Of a stretch of DNA of 64,000 nucleotides, positions 19,459-27,292 are shown in pieces. Origin of the DNA: Polyangiaceae bacterium. GTDB lineage: Bacteria > Myxococcota_A > Polyangia > Polyangiales > Polyangiaceae. The number at the start of each line of letters is the position of its first letter. Position 1 is the first letter of the stretch. Where the stretch lies: contig JBILLK010000007.1 of the NCBI GenBank assembly GCA_044376115.1, positions 160,001-224,000 of the forward strand. The letters run 5' to 3'. The notes under the pieces are model-generated. The model was not told the origin of the DNA. It was given only the letters and a program-made list of their open reading frames with translations, and did no database searches. The translations under genes and the position numbers were made by a program.

Positions 19459-20057
19459 TGCTGAACTCCCGCATGCAGGCCGTGCGCGAAGTTGAGCAGC
19501 ACCTGCTCGGCCGCCTCGCACAGGTGAGACTCCGGATGAAACTGAACCGAATAGAGCGGGAGTGTGGTGTGCGTGAGAGCCATGATTTCGTCGTCGTCGA
19601 GGGAGCGCGCAGTAGCGGTGAGCTCCTTGGGCAGCGAGGCTTGCTCGACCGTCAAGGAGTTGTAGCGAGCTACCTGAAGCGGGGAGGGGAGCCCAGCGAA
19701 TAGTCCGCTCCCGTCATGCGAAACGCGAACGGTTTTGCCGTGCATCGGCCGCTTGGCGTGCACCACGCGGCCGCCGGCAACCTGCGCCAACGCTTGATGT
19801 CCGAGGCAAACGCCGAGCGTCGGCAACAGGAGTTCCCTCGCAAGTAGCCGCTGATACAGCGTCAAGCTGCTGCCAGCCTCCGAGGGTGAGCACGGGCCCG
19901 GCGAAACCAGGGCGCCGTCGAAGCGAGTTTGCAGGTCCGCCGGCAGCGGTGCGTCGTTGGGGAGCACGGTGCAGCGCAGAAGCTTTTGCAGGCTCGCGAC
20001 CAAGTTGAAGGTGAAGGAGTCGTAGTTGTCGATGACCAGGATATGGGGCTTTTTCAT
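19455..20057 (-). CDS. Anthranilate/aminodeoxychorismate synthase component II (glutamine amidotransferase, TrpG/PabA)
   Basis: 'VIDNYDSFTFNL', 'SPGP', 'GVCLGHQ', 'MHGK', 'VQFHPES'. Confidence 0.92.
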   Translation of the reverse strand: MKKPHILVIDNYDSFTFNLVASLQKLLRCTVLPNDAPLPADLQTRFDGALVSPGPCSPSEAGSSLTLYQRLLARELLLPTLGVCLGHQALAQVAGGRVVHAKRPMHGKTVRVSHDGSGLFAGLPSPLQVARYNSLTVEQASLPKELTATARSLDDDEIMALTHTTLPLYSVQFHPESHLCEAAEQVLLNFAHGLHAGVQQ

Positions 20058-20100
20058 CAACAACTTTTCCCGCGGCGCAACCGATCGCTAGCCTTTTACC

Positions 20101-20487
20101 ATGCAACGAAATCTGATTCAGGTCCCCGCTCGCCACGAGGTTTCGCGCAGTGAACGACGTACGGCTCGCCGCAAGCCGGTTCGACTGTTTTGCAACCAAT
20201 ACATCGATGGCAGCCCCATCCTTGGAGAGGCCTGGGAGATTTCGATGACCGGCGTGCTCGTTCGTCGCGTCAACGGTCCGGATTTGGATCGCGCTTGTTA
20301 CGCGATTGAGATTGGCCACCCGACCGAGCCGTTGCCGCGACTCTGGCTGTGTGCCTCTCCGGTCTGGCGCCAAGGCGAGTTTGAGGCGCTGCGCTTCGTT
20401 GGCCTCGCCCCGCAAGATCGGTTGCAACTGGCCCACCTTCTGGGCCGCGTCGACGTGGCAACCTCGGAAAGCCCCTCGCTCGCCTGA
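20101..20487 (+). CDS. PilZ-domain protein
   Basis: 'ERRTARR' RxxxR motif and 'EISMTG' variant of D/NxSxxG; 'LRF' terminal strand. Confidence 0.7.
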   Translation: MQRNLIQVPARHEVSRSERRTARRKPVRLFCNQYIDGSPILGEAWEISMTGVLVRRVNGPDLDRACYAIEIGHPTEPLPRLWLCASPVWRQGEFEALRFVGLAPQDRLQLAHLLGRVDVATSESPSLA

Positions 20488-20647
20488 TCACTCCGCGAAG
20501 TTTCGGCCGAAGGCGGCCTACTACTTCGACGTGCCCGAAGGCGCCGAGGATCGTTTCACTTGGCAGGAGTCATTCCGTTGACAGCCGCGCTTATCGGCCG
20601 TTAACGTGCGACCGAGTTTCGGCGCCAGGGAGGCGCAAGAGGAGCCG

Positions 20648-21850
20648 ATGGCTGAAGAGAAGTCCAAGAAGCCGAAGATTGACCTGAAGGCGCGTCTCGG
20701 CAAGACCGTCGCTGGTGGTGCAGCCGCACCCGGAGGCCTCTCGGGCCCGCCGGAGGCCGGTCCCTCGAGCGTTCGGCCCGAGGCAGACCGCGCAAGTGCT
20801 CCGCCGCGTCCGAGTTTGCCAGGTGGAATTGCTCCGCCGGTCGGTATCGCGCCGCCGCCGAGCATCGCTGGCGCTGGTTTTGGCGGGGTGAACCCGTTTG
20901 CGCCCAAGGTTGCTCCGGCTCCGGCCCCGCCGCCGCCCAAGCTCACCGCTGAGCAGCAGACCATCAAGGTCGAGCTCGGTGAGGAGATCCACGACGAGCG
21001 TCGCAAGGCGACTAAGTTCGCGGTGATCGTCGGCTTCGCCATGTTGCTCGTCGGCGGTGGCATCGGCTTCTTCGCTGGTGGCGCTCGCGAGAAGCAGTCC
21101 CGCCAAGCTGAAGGCATCAAGGGCGCATGCGCTCTCGAGACCGAGGTATCGAACAGCAGCAAGAAGATTGAAGAGCTGATCCCGATCTTGAAAGAGGTCG
21201 AGGACGGGCTCAAAGGCAAGAAGTACCCGGCCGATGCACTGGGCAAGTTGAGCTCCTTCGCCGTGCCCTTCAACGCGGCGACGATCGAGGGCAAAAACGT
21301 CGGCAACCTCCCCGGCGCAATTCAGAGCAAGGTCTTCCTCTACCTGCGCAAGTCGGAAGAGTTGGAAGACAAGAAAGAGGCGCTCAAGAACTCGCTTGGC
21401 GCGCAGAAGGCTGCCATCGAGGGCGCTTGGAAGAAGGAAGAGAAGCCGCTGTTCGAGCTGGCTGTGATCTTCAGCGCGGCCGGTGAAGGCAAGATGTTGA
21501 GCCAGGTCGTCGGTATCAAAGAGCCGTTCGAGACGGGCATCAAAGAATGGCCGAAGGAGCTCGCCATCAAGGTTCCCGGCATGCGTGACGGCCGTCGCGT
21601 GGAAGACGAGAAGAAGGCCACCAAGTTCGAGAAGGAAGTCACGGCTCAAACCGGTCCGGTGTACATGCCGGTGGATCCGGCCACCGTCGCCGGCTTTACG
21701 GACGAGCGCGCGGCTCTGCCGATCTTGAAGGGTCTTTTCGACATTCGCATGATCCTGCAAGGGGACGAGACTCCTGGCCGTGAGAAGCCCGGCGCGATGA
21801 AAGAGGGCACCGATCTCTCGGTTGCGCTCGAGAAGCTCTGTCTACGTTGA
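20648..21850 (+). CDS. Conserved-looking single-pass membrane protein
   Basis: GGAG RBS before ATG 20648; Pro-rich N-terminus, one TM, Lys/Glu-rich helical domain; strongly biased codons. Confidence 0.7.
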   Translation: MAEEKSKKPKIDLKARLGKTVAGGAAAPGGLSGPPEAGPSSVRPEADRASAPPRPSLPGGIAPPVGIAPPPSIAGAGFGGVNPFAPKVAPAPAPPPPKLTAEQQTIKVELGEEIHDERRKATKFAVIVGFAMLLVGGGIGFFAGGAREKQSRQAEGIKGACALETEVSNSSKKIEELIPILKEVEDGLKGKKYPADALGKLSSFAVPFNAATIEGKNVGNLPGAIQSKVFLYLRKSEELEDKKEALKNSLGAQKAAIEGAWKKEEKPLFELAVIFSAAGEGKMLSQVVGIKEPFETGIKEWPKELAIKVPGMRDGRRVEDEKKATKFEKEVTAQTGPVYMPVDPATVAGFTDERAALPILKGLFDIRMILQGDETPGREKPGAMKEGTDLSVALEKLCLR

Positions 21851-21982
21851 CCCACGCTTGACCTCGGTCGAGCGCTGACGGCCTCCAGCAAACCTGGAGG
21901 TCGTTTGCGTTTGTACGCCGAACGCACGCTGGTGCTGCGCCCGGTGGCGCATCGCCCGCTCAGGGAGCTGGGCTCAGCCGAC

Positions 21983-23275
21983 TCAGGCGGAGCGAACGCT
22001 GGGGCGCAAAGACATCGGAGGCCGCTCGAACTCGACCCGTTCGACCATGCCGTTCTTCACTTCGGTTACCACGATCGAGAGCTCCCAGCGCTTGTGGTGG
22101 GAGCCCGCCGTGGCTCCAGCGAAAAGCTCGGCGAGCGTGCGTTCAGCTTCGTCCTCGGCCACCGTGAAGCCGAGGTACGCACCCAAGTCGGAGGCCGGTA
22201 CAGCACCAGCAACCAACCACTTGTCGGCGCCAAGCTCTTGAATCGGCGCGTGCTCGACCTCGTCGTGCTCATCGCGGATGTCCCCGACGATCTCCTCGAT
22301 GATGTCCTCCAAGGTGACGATGCCGCTGGTGCCGCCGAACTCGTCCACCACCACCGCGAGGTGCTGGCGCTTCTGCCGCATCTCGCGCAAGAGCGAGACC
22401 AACTTCTGTTGCTCCGGAACGAAGATGACGTCCCTGCGGATCACGTCGGCCAGGGTCCGGCTGCGGCTGATCGGCTCTTCATCGTCGCTGGCGTTCTCAG
22501 CCTTGAAGACGTCCTTCGCGACCAGGATGCCGACGACGTTGTCGAGCTGACCCTCGAACACCGGGTAACGGCTGTGGCCGCTTTCGGCGACGAGCTTGCG
22601 CACGGCGTCGAGCGGTGTGGCTAGATCGATCGCCTCGATGCGGGTGCGCGAGAGCATGACCTCGCGGGCGCGACGGTCCTCGAATTCGAGCACGTTGCGG
22701 ATGATCTCGGCGGGCTCGGCGCCCACCACGCCGCTGCGCTCGACCTCGTCGACGAAGTATTCGACCTCGGCGCTGGCTACGCTCGAGTCGGCGTCCTCAC
22801 TCTCGGGCATGCGCTCGGCGATGTTCTCGGAGAGCGCTGCAAGCGGCCTGGAGAAGGGCCACAACAGCCACTCGAAGCCGCGCAAATAGCTCGCTAGTAG
22901 CGGCCCCCAGGTGTCTGAGTTCTTGCGCGCGATGGTCGCGAGCAGCGAGCTGATGGGGGCGTATAGGAGCAGCGCCGCGAGGATGGCTAACGCGGTGCCC
23001 AGCCGACCCGGAACCCAGCCCTCGACCACCTCGGCCAAGAGCACCGCCGTAACCGCTGCGGAGAGCACACGCCCAACGACGTACGCGGCGTGAACTTGGG
23101 CGCCGTGACGCTGGTAACGCTCGAGCGCGCTGCGATGCGGCAGCCCCTCTTGTTCGAGCAAGGCGGCCATGCGCGCCGACGTCAGGTTGGCCAACGCCGC
23201 ATCCGCCGCCACGAACAACGCACCGAGCACCGCGGCGCTCAGGGCGATCAACAAACTTGGCAGCGGTCCCGACAT
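21983..23275 (-). CDS. Hemolysin-family / HlyC-CorC (CNNM-CBS-CorC) transporter
   Basis: DUF21-like TMs; CBS 'HSRYPV', 'VVDEFGGTSGIVTLEDIIEEIVGDIRDEHD'; CorC tail. Confidence 0.92.
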   Translation of the reverse strand: MSGPLPSLLIALSAAVLGALFVAADAALANLTSARMAALLEQEGLPHRSALERYQRHGAQVHAAYVVGRVLSAAVTAVLLAEVVEGWVPGRLGTALAILAALLLYAPISSLLATIARKNSDTWGPLLASYLRGFEWLLWPFSRPLAALSENIAERMPESEDADSSVASAEVEYFVDEVERSGVVGAEPAEIIRNVLEFEDRRAREVMLSRTRIEAIDLATPLDAVRKLVAESGHSRYPVFEGQLDNVVGILVAKDVFKAENASDDEEPISRSRTLADVIRRDVIFVPEQQKLVSLLREMRQKRQHLAVVVDEFGGTSGIVTLEDIIEEIVGDIRDEHDEVEHAPIQELGADKWLVAGAVPASDLGAYLGFTVAEDEAERTLAELFAGATAGSHHKRWELSIVVTEVKNGMVERVEFERPPMSLRPSVRSA

Positions 23276-23381
23276 CCTTATGTGGGAGGCATCCTACCAG
23301 GTGCGGCCCCTGGACGGAACCGCGCTAACGCTAGGGGTCGCGTCGTTCGCCCTTTGCATAAAGTTCGCTAGCATCGCGCCC

Positions 23382-24776
23382 ATGAACGATCTCGCCGACG
23401 GCGAGGAGAAGAAGGTCCAGGGCTCGGGCTCGGCCGTGTACACGCTGAAGAACAGCGGCGGGGTGTACTCGTGCACGTGTCCGGCTTGGATGCATCAATC
23501 GCTCGGGATCGAGCGGCGGAGCTGCAAACATTTGCGCGCGCTGCGCGGTGATGAAGCGGAGCAGGCGCGCGTTGGGGAGCTCAGCGGAAAGCCTGCGCGC
23601 CCCGTGCGCCCGGCGAAGGTCGAGGGCTCCGATTCGGAGGAAGCCGATGCTGACGGTCCGCCGCTGCTCTTGGCCCACAAATGGGAGAGCTCGGTGGACG
23701 TGACCGGCTGGTGGCTGAGCGAGAAGCTCGACGGAGTTCGCGCCTATTGGGATGGCACGCAGTTCCTCTCGCGTTTGGGCAACAAGTTCTTCCCGCCGGC
23801 TTGGTTCACCGAGGGCCTGCCGAAGACGCCGCTCGACGGTGAACTATGGGGCGGTCGCAAGCTCTTTCAGCGCACCGTGGGCATCGTCAAACGACAGGAT
23901 CAAAGTCCGCTATGGAAAGACCTTCTGTACGTCGTATTCGACGCGCCAGCACACGACGCTGTGTTTGAGGAGCGCATGGCGCACTGTGAGACGCTCATTG
24001 GTGGCGGCAAACACCCGTACACGAGGGTGCACGCGCAAGAGCGCTGCCAAAGCATCGAGCATCTGAAGGCCGAGCTCGCGCGCGTCGAGGCGCTCGGTGG
24101 TGAAGGGCTGATGGCGCGCAAGCCGCAGAGTCGTTACGAGGCGGGGCGCAGCAATACGTTGCTGAAGGTGAAGACCTTTCACGATGCGGAGGCGCGCGTG
24201 CTCGGTCACGTCGCGGGCGCTGGGCGACACAAAGGCCGCATGGGCGCCTTGTTGGTCGAGCTCGCCGATGGCACCACGTTCAATGTCGGGACAGGCTTCT
24301 CGGATCATGAGCGTGAAAATCCGCCGGCTATCGGCGAGCTGATCACCTTCCGTTATCAGGAGCTCTCCGACGGTGGCGTGCCGCGTTTCCCTTCGTATGT
24401 TGGCGTGCGTCACGACGCTCGCGGCCCCTCGAGCTTGGCGACCAACCTCGCGAACAAGCCCGCTCCGCTGCCAGCGCCGGCGCCCAGGCTGCCGAGCTTC
24501 AGTGCGACTGCGCCCGCAGCCGCGCCTCGCGTCGCTACCGAACCCAGCGTCGCTGGCGAGCCGACCGAAGCGCCGCAACGCCGCCGCTTCGAGATGACCG
24601 ACGGGGACACCCGCTACTTCTGGGAGATCGAGCGAGACGGCGCCAAACATCGCGTTCGCTTTGGGAGCTTCGAGCAGAAGCTAAAGAAGTTCGATTCAGA
24701 GGCCGCAGCCGAGGCGGGCCTTGCTGCACGCATTCAAGAAAAGCTGGAGAAGGGGTTCGTCGAAGTCGACGACTGA
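23382..24776 (+). CDS. ATP-dependent DNA ligase with N-terminal SWIM zinc finger and C-terminal WGR domain
   Basis: SWIM 'CTCPAW...CKH'; motif I 'SEKLDGVRA', 'DGEL', 'VVFD', 'EGLMAR', 'LLKVK'; OB domain 'VGTGFSD...ITFRYQELS..GVPRFP'; WGR-like 'FWEI...RFG...EKLEKGF'. Confidence 0.92.
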   Translation: MNDLADGEEKKVQGSGSAVYTLKNSGGVYSCTCPAWMHQSLGIERRSCKHLRALRGDEAEQARVGELSGKPARPVRPAKVEGSDSEEADADGPPLLLAHKWESSVDVTGWWLSEKLDGVRAYWDGTQFLSRLGNKFFPPAWFTEGLPKTPLDGELWGGRKLFQRTVGIVKRQDQSPLWKDLLYVVFDAPAHDAVFEERMAHCETLIGGGKHPYTRVHAQERCQSIEHLKAELARVEALGGEGLMARKPQSRYEAGRSNTLLKVKTFHDAEARVLGHVAGAGRHKGRMGALLVELADGTTFNVGTGFSDHERENPPAIGELITFRYQELSDGGVPRFPSYVGVRHDARGPSSLATNLANKPAPLPAPAPRLPSFSATAPAAAPRVATEPSVAGEPTEAPQRRRFEMTDGDTRYFWEIERDGAKHRVRFGSFEQKLKKFDSEAAAEAGLAARIQEKLEKGFVEVDD

Positions 24777-24787
24777 AGGGAGAAACC

Positions 24788-25438
24788 ATGCCGAGATATG
24801 AATTCGTCGAAGGGGCGTCCAAAAAATTCTGGGAGATTGCGCTGGAGGGGACCTCGTTCACCACCACCTACGGGCGCATCGGCACCGAAGGTCAGATGTC
24901 GATGAAGGAGTACGACTCCGAAGAGAAGGCGCAGAAGGAGTACGACAAGCTGATCGCCGAGAAGACCAAAAAGGGCTACGTGCTCGCTGGAGGAGCTGCG
25001 CCCGCCGCAGCGCCTGCACCGGCAGCGGCTCCTGCTCCAGCAGCGGCTCCTGCTCCGGCGAAAGCTGCTGCGAAGAAGTCGGCCGCCGTCTTCGATGACG
25101 AGGGCGACGACGACGAGGAGGACGAGGCGCCCAAAGCCAAGAAGGCCGCCAAAGCTGCAGCGCCTGCGAAGGCCGCTCCCGCCAAGCCAGCCGCTCCAGC
25201 AAAGGCCGCAACCACCGCCAGTGAGGGCGCGCGCCTGTTCGAGTTCGTCGAGGGCTCGTCGGCGAAGTTTTGGGAGATCAAGCTCGAGGGCACCTCCTTC
25301 ACCACGCGCTACGGCAAGCTCGGCACCGACGGCCAGATGTCGATGAAAGAGTACGACTCCGAGGAGAAGGCTCAGAAGGAGTACGACAAGCTCGTGGCCG
25401 AGAAGACGAAGAAGGGCTACGTCGAAAAATCAGCCTGA
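24788..25438 (+). CDS. Tandem WGR-domain protein
   Basis: Two near-identical 'EFVEG.S.KFWEI.LEGTSFTT.YG..GT.GQ...AEKTKKGYV' domains joined by an Ala/Pro/acidic linker; GGGAG RBS. Confidence 0.92.
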   Translation: MPRYEFVEGASKKFWEIALEGTSFTTTYGRIGTEGQMSMKEYDSEEKAQKEYDKLIAEKTKKGYVLAGGAAPAAAPAPAAAPAPAAAPAPAKAAAKKSAAVFDDEGDDDEEDEAPKAKKAAKAAAPAKAAPAKPAAPAKAATTASEGARLFEFVEGSSAKFWEIKLEGTSFTTRYGKLGTDGQMSMKEYDSEEKAQKEYDKLVAEKTKKGYVEKSA

Positions 25439-26899
25439 AGCGCGCGCCTCAAGAGCCTTGATGCGCTCGAGAAATACGCGGCCTTTTTTCGGATCCACCA
25501 TGAAGATGAAGGCCGCCATTCCTTGCAGTTGCTCGAGGCTCTCACCGTCTTTGCCCGGCTTGCCCTGCTCGCGATTGTGAATCGCCGCACGCAGACGACG
25601 CACCGTCTCGCGGGGCACGCGCGCCGGCGGGACCTCGGGCGAGACGGCCTTGTTGACCACCAAGCCGGTCACCCGCTGGCTTGAACCAGCGCGACGCACG
25701 GCCGTCTTCTTGCGGTGCATGCGGAAGCCCTCCGCCTCGAGGATCTGCGCCACGCCGCGCAACAGCGTACCGACCGGAGCGGCTGCTCGTGAGTGGGGCG
25801 GCAGCGGCTCGCCGCTCGGACCGACGCTGGGTGTGTTCCAGGAGAAGGTCAGGTCGTCGGCGTAACGGGTGTACGAAAACTCGAGCAGCCGAGCGAGCCC
25901 AGAGATGCGCCGATCCAGCCGCATGCAAAGCGCGTTGGTGATCGCAGGGGAGGTGGGTGCGCCTTGCGGGCAGCTGCGTGCGCCTTGCGCGACGTACAGC
26001 GTCTTGCCGCGGAACTGCACCAACTCGCGCGGCGGTTCAGTGGCTAGCAGGGCACACAACGTTGCCACACTCTCGGGCAGGCCACCGCTGCGGAACAGGC
26101 CCTTCACGCGACGAAAGGTGACCGTCGGAAAGAAGTCCTTCACGTCGATTTTGACGACCAGCTCGGCACCGGCGTGCGCCTTGGCGTTCGACGCGATCGA
26201 GCGGGCGCGCAAGAAGCCGTGGGCTGCGCCGTGGACCGGCAATTTGTCGACGAGGTTCTTGAGCAGCCAACGTTGGATGCGTTTGAGCTCCGGCTTGGGG
26301 GCCGAGATCGTCCGGCGGGTTCCGTCGCGTTTGGCGATGGTCCAAAACTCGTAGTTGGAGGAGCTCTCGACGTCGCGGTGGAAGCAGAGCTTGCGTAAGG
26401 TCGGAACGTCCACTGCGAGCGCCTTGGCGAGCTCGGTGAAGGACTCTAGCGAGAGGTCGTTGGCGCGCGCGCGCAGCAGCCGTGCTTCCTTCTCACGGCT
26501 GGTCTCGTCGTCGTCGTCGCGATAAAAAACGCCCTGGCCCAAGAAGTCGATGTGGGTCGCCAAGTAGGCTTTGCGGGCGAGCTTGACCAAGCTGCGGCGG
26601 GCCTCCGCTTCGGCCTTCTTGCGCTCTTTGAAGGAGGACTTGGCGCCCTCGGCGACCGTGCTTCCGTCCTCGTCCACCAGCAGGCCTTGCGATCGCAGCT
26701 CGGCGTTGATCCAAGCGGGGACACCACCCGCTTGCTCGATCGCCTTCCAACGCTGGAGCGCTTTGTCGCGCTCGAGAGCGCGCGCCGCGCGTTCCGCTTT
26801 GCGCTGTTCACGCAGCTCGGCCGAGGGCTTCGCCGCTTGCCCCGGGTCGAGCACTACGAGCCCGGTGGCGGGGACGTTCTTTTCGCTTTGTCCGCTCAT
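25430..26899 (-). CDS. Retron reverse transcriptase, Mx162/Sa163-like with N-terminal extension
   Basis: 'KRDG..RTISAPK', 'AHGF...SI.SNA..H', 'KIDVKDFFP', 'PQGAPTSP', 'YTRYADDLTFS', region Y 'QRVTGLVVN'; N-terminal 'AIEQAGG...W...L...GL' and 'KKAEA' recall the M. xanthus Mx162 RT. ATG 26899 (GTG 26911 possible). Confidence 0.97.
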   Translation of the reverse strand: MSGQSEKNVPATGLVVLDPGQAAKPSAELREQRKAERAARALERDKALQRWKAIEQAGGVPAWINAELRSQGLLVDEDGSTVAEGAKSSFKERKKAEAEARRSLVKLARKAYLATHIDFLGQGVFYRDDDDETSREKEARLLRARANDLSLESFTELAKALAVDVPTLRKLCFHRDVESSSNYEFWTIAKRDGTRRTISAPKPELKRIQRWLLKNLVDKLPVHGAAHGFLRARSIASNAKAHAGAELVVKIDVKDFFPTVTFRRVKGLFRSGGLPESVATLCALLATEPPRELVQFRGKTLYVAQGARSCPQGAPTSPAITNALCMRLDRRISGLARLLEFSYTRYADDLTFSWNTPSVGPSGEPLPPHSRAAAPVGTLLRGVAQILEAEGFRMHRKKTAVRRAGSSQRVTGLVVNKAVSPEVPPARVPRETVRRLRAAIHNREQGKPGKDGESLEQLQGMAAFIFMVDPKKGRVFLERIKALEARASG

Positions 26900-26926
26900 C
26901 GTTGGTCGCACCGAGCGAGCATCGAC

Positions 26927-27199
26927 AAGCTATTCAGTGAGGTCGTCAGCCCATCACCTTCCCACAAGGGGCACGGTAGCCTCACCGGCTCTCCCCGGTA
27001 GGGGGCCCTCCCGCGTTGGGAGAAACACCGGATGCGTTGTTGGCTCAGCTCTCCCAACGCGGGAGGGCCCCCTACCGGGAGAGAGCCAAGAACAGGCTAC
27101 CTTGCGATGTGTGATGCGGCGAATTTCCAGGACGGCGCAACACCGTCCTTGCGCTCGAGGCGCATAGGCTGGTGAGCTGACGCCCTCACTGCATAGCTT
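26927..27199 (-). ncRNA. Retron msr-msd non-coding RNA
   Basis: 30-nt terminal inverted repeats (27170-27199 / 26927-26956; 26 Watson-Crick pairs + 1 GU); G at 27169 directly after the 5' repeat; two msr hairpins; long msd hairpin 26975-27101; directly upstream of the RT. Confidence 0.93.
26975..27101 (+). repeat. msd hairpin (msDNA stem-loop)
   Basis: 26994-27023 is the exact reverse complement of 27050-27079 (30 bp); extended by ggctctc/gagagcc (26987-26993/27081-27087) and ggtagcct/aggctacc (26975-26982/27094-27101). Confidence 0.95.
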
Positions 27200-27292
27200 C
27201 TCGTCTCGTTCGTTCTCCTTCGTGACGTGCGAACCCGAGGCCGCACGGTAGCTTGTACTCCGCCGTTGAGCCAGAGGGCTCAGCAGCAACCT

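Noticed and set aside
23169..23381. N-terminal extension of the ligase ORF
   Set aside because: It overlaps the divergent hemolysin-family gene; ATG 23382 directly precedes the SWIM domain.
25430..26899. RT as group II intron, DGR or CRISPR-associated RT
   Set aside because: It has retron regions X (NAxxH) and Y (VTG) and an adjacent msr-msd; I saw no maturase/endonuclease domain, TR/VR pair or cas1.
26975..27101. Hairpin as an intrinsic terminator or MITE
   Set aside because: No poly-U tail or target-site duplication; it is nested within a1/a2 repeats as expected for msd.
27267..27282. Small hairpin tgagcc-agag-ggctca after the SWIM gene
   Set aside because: Only 6 bp with no U-tract; cannot be supported as a terminator.
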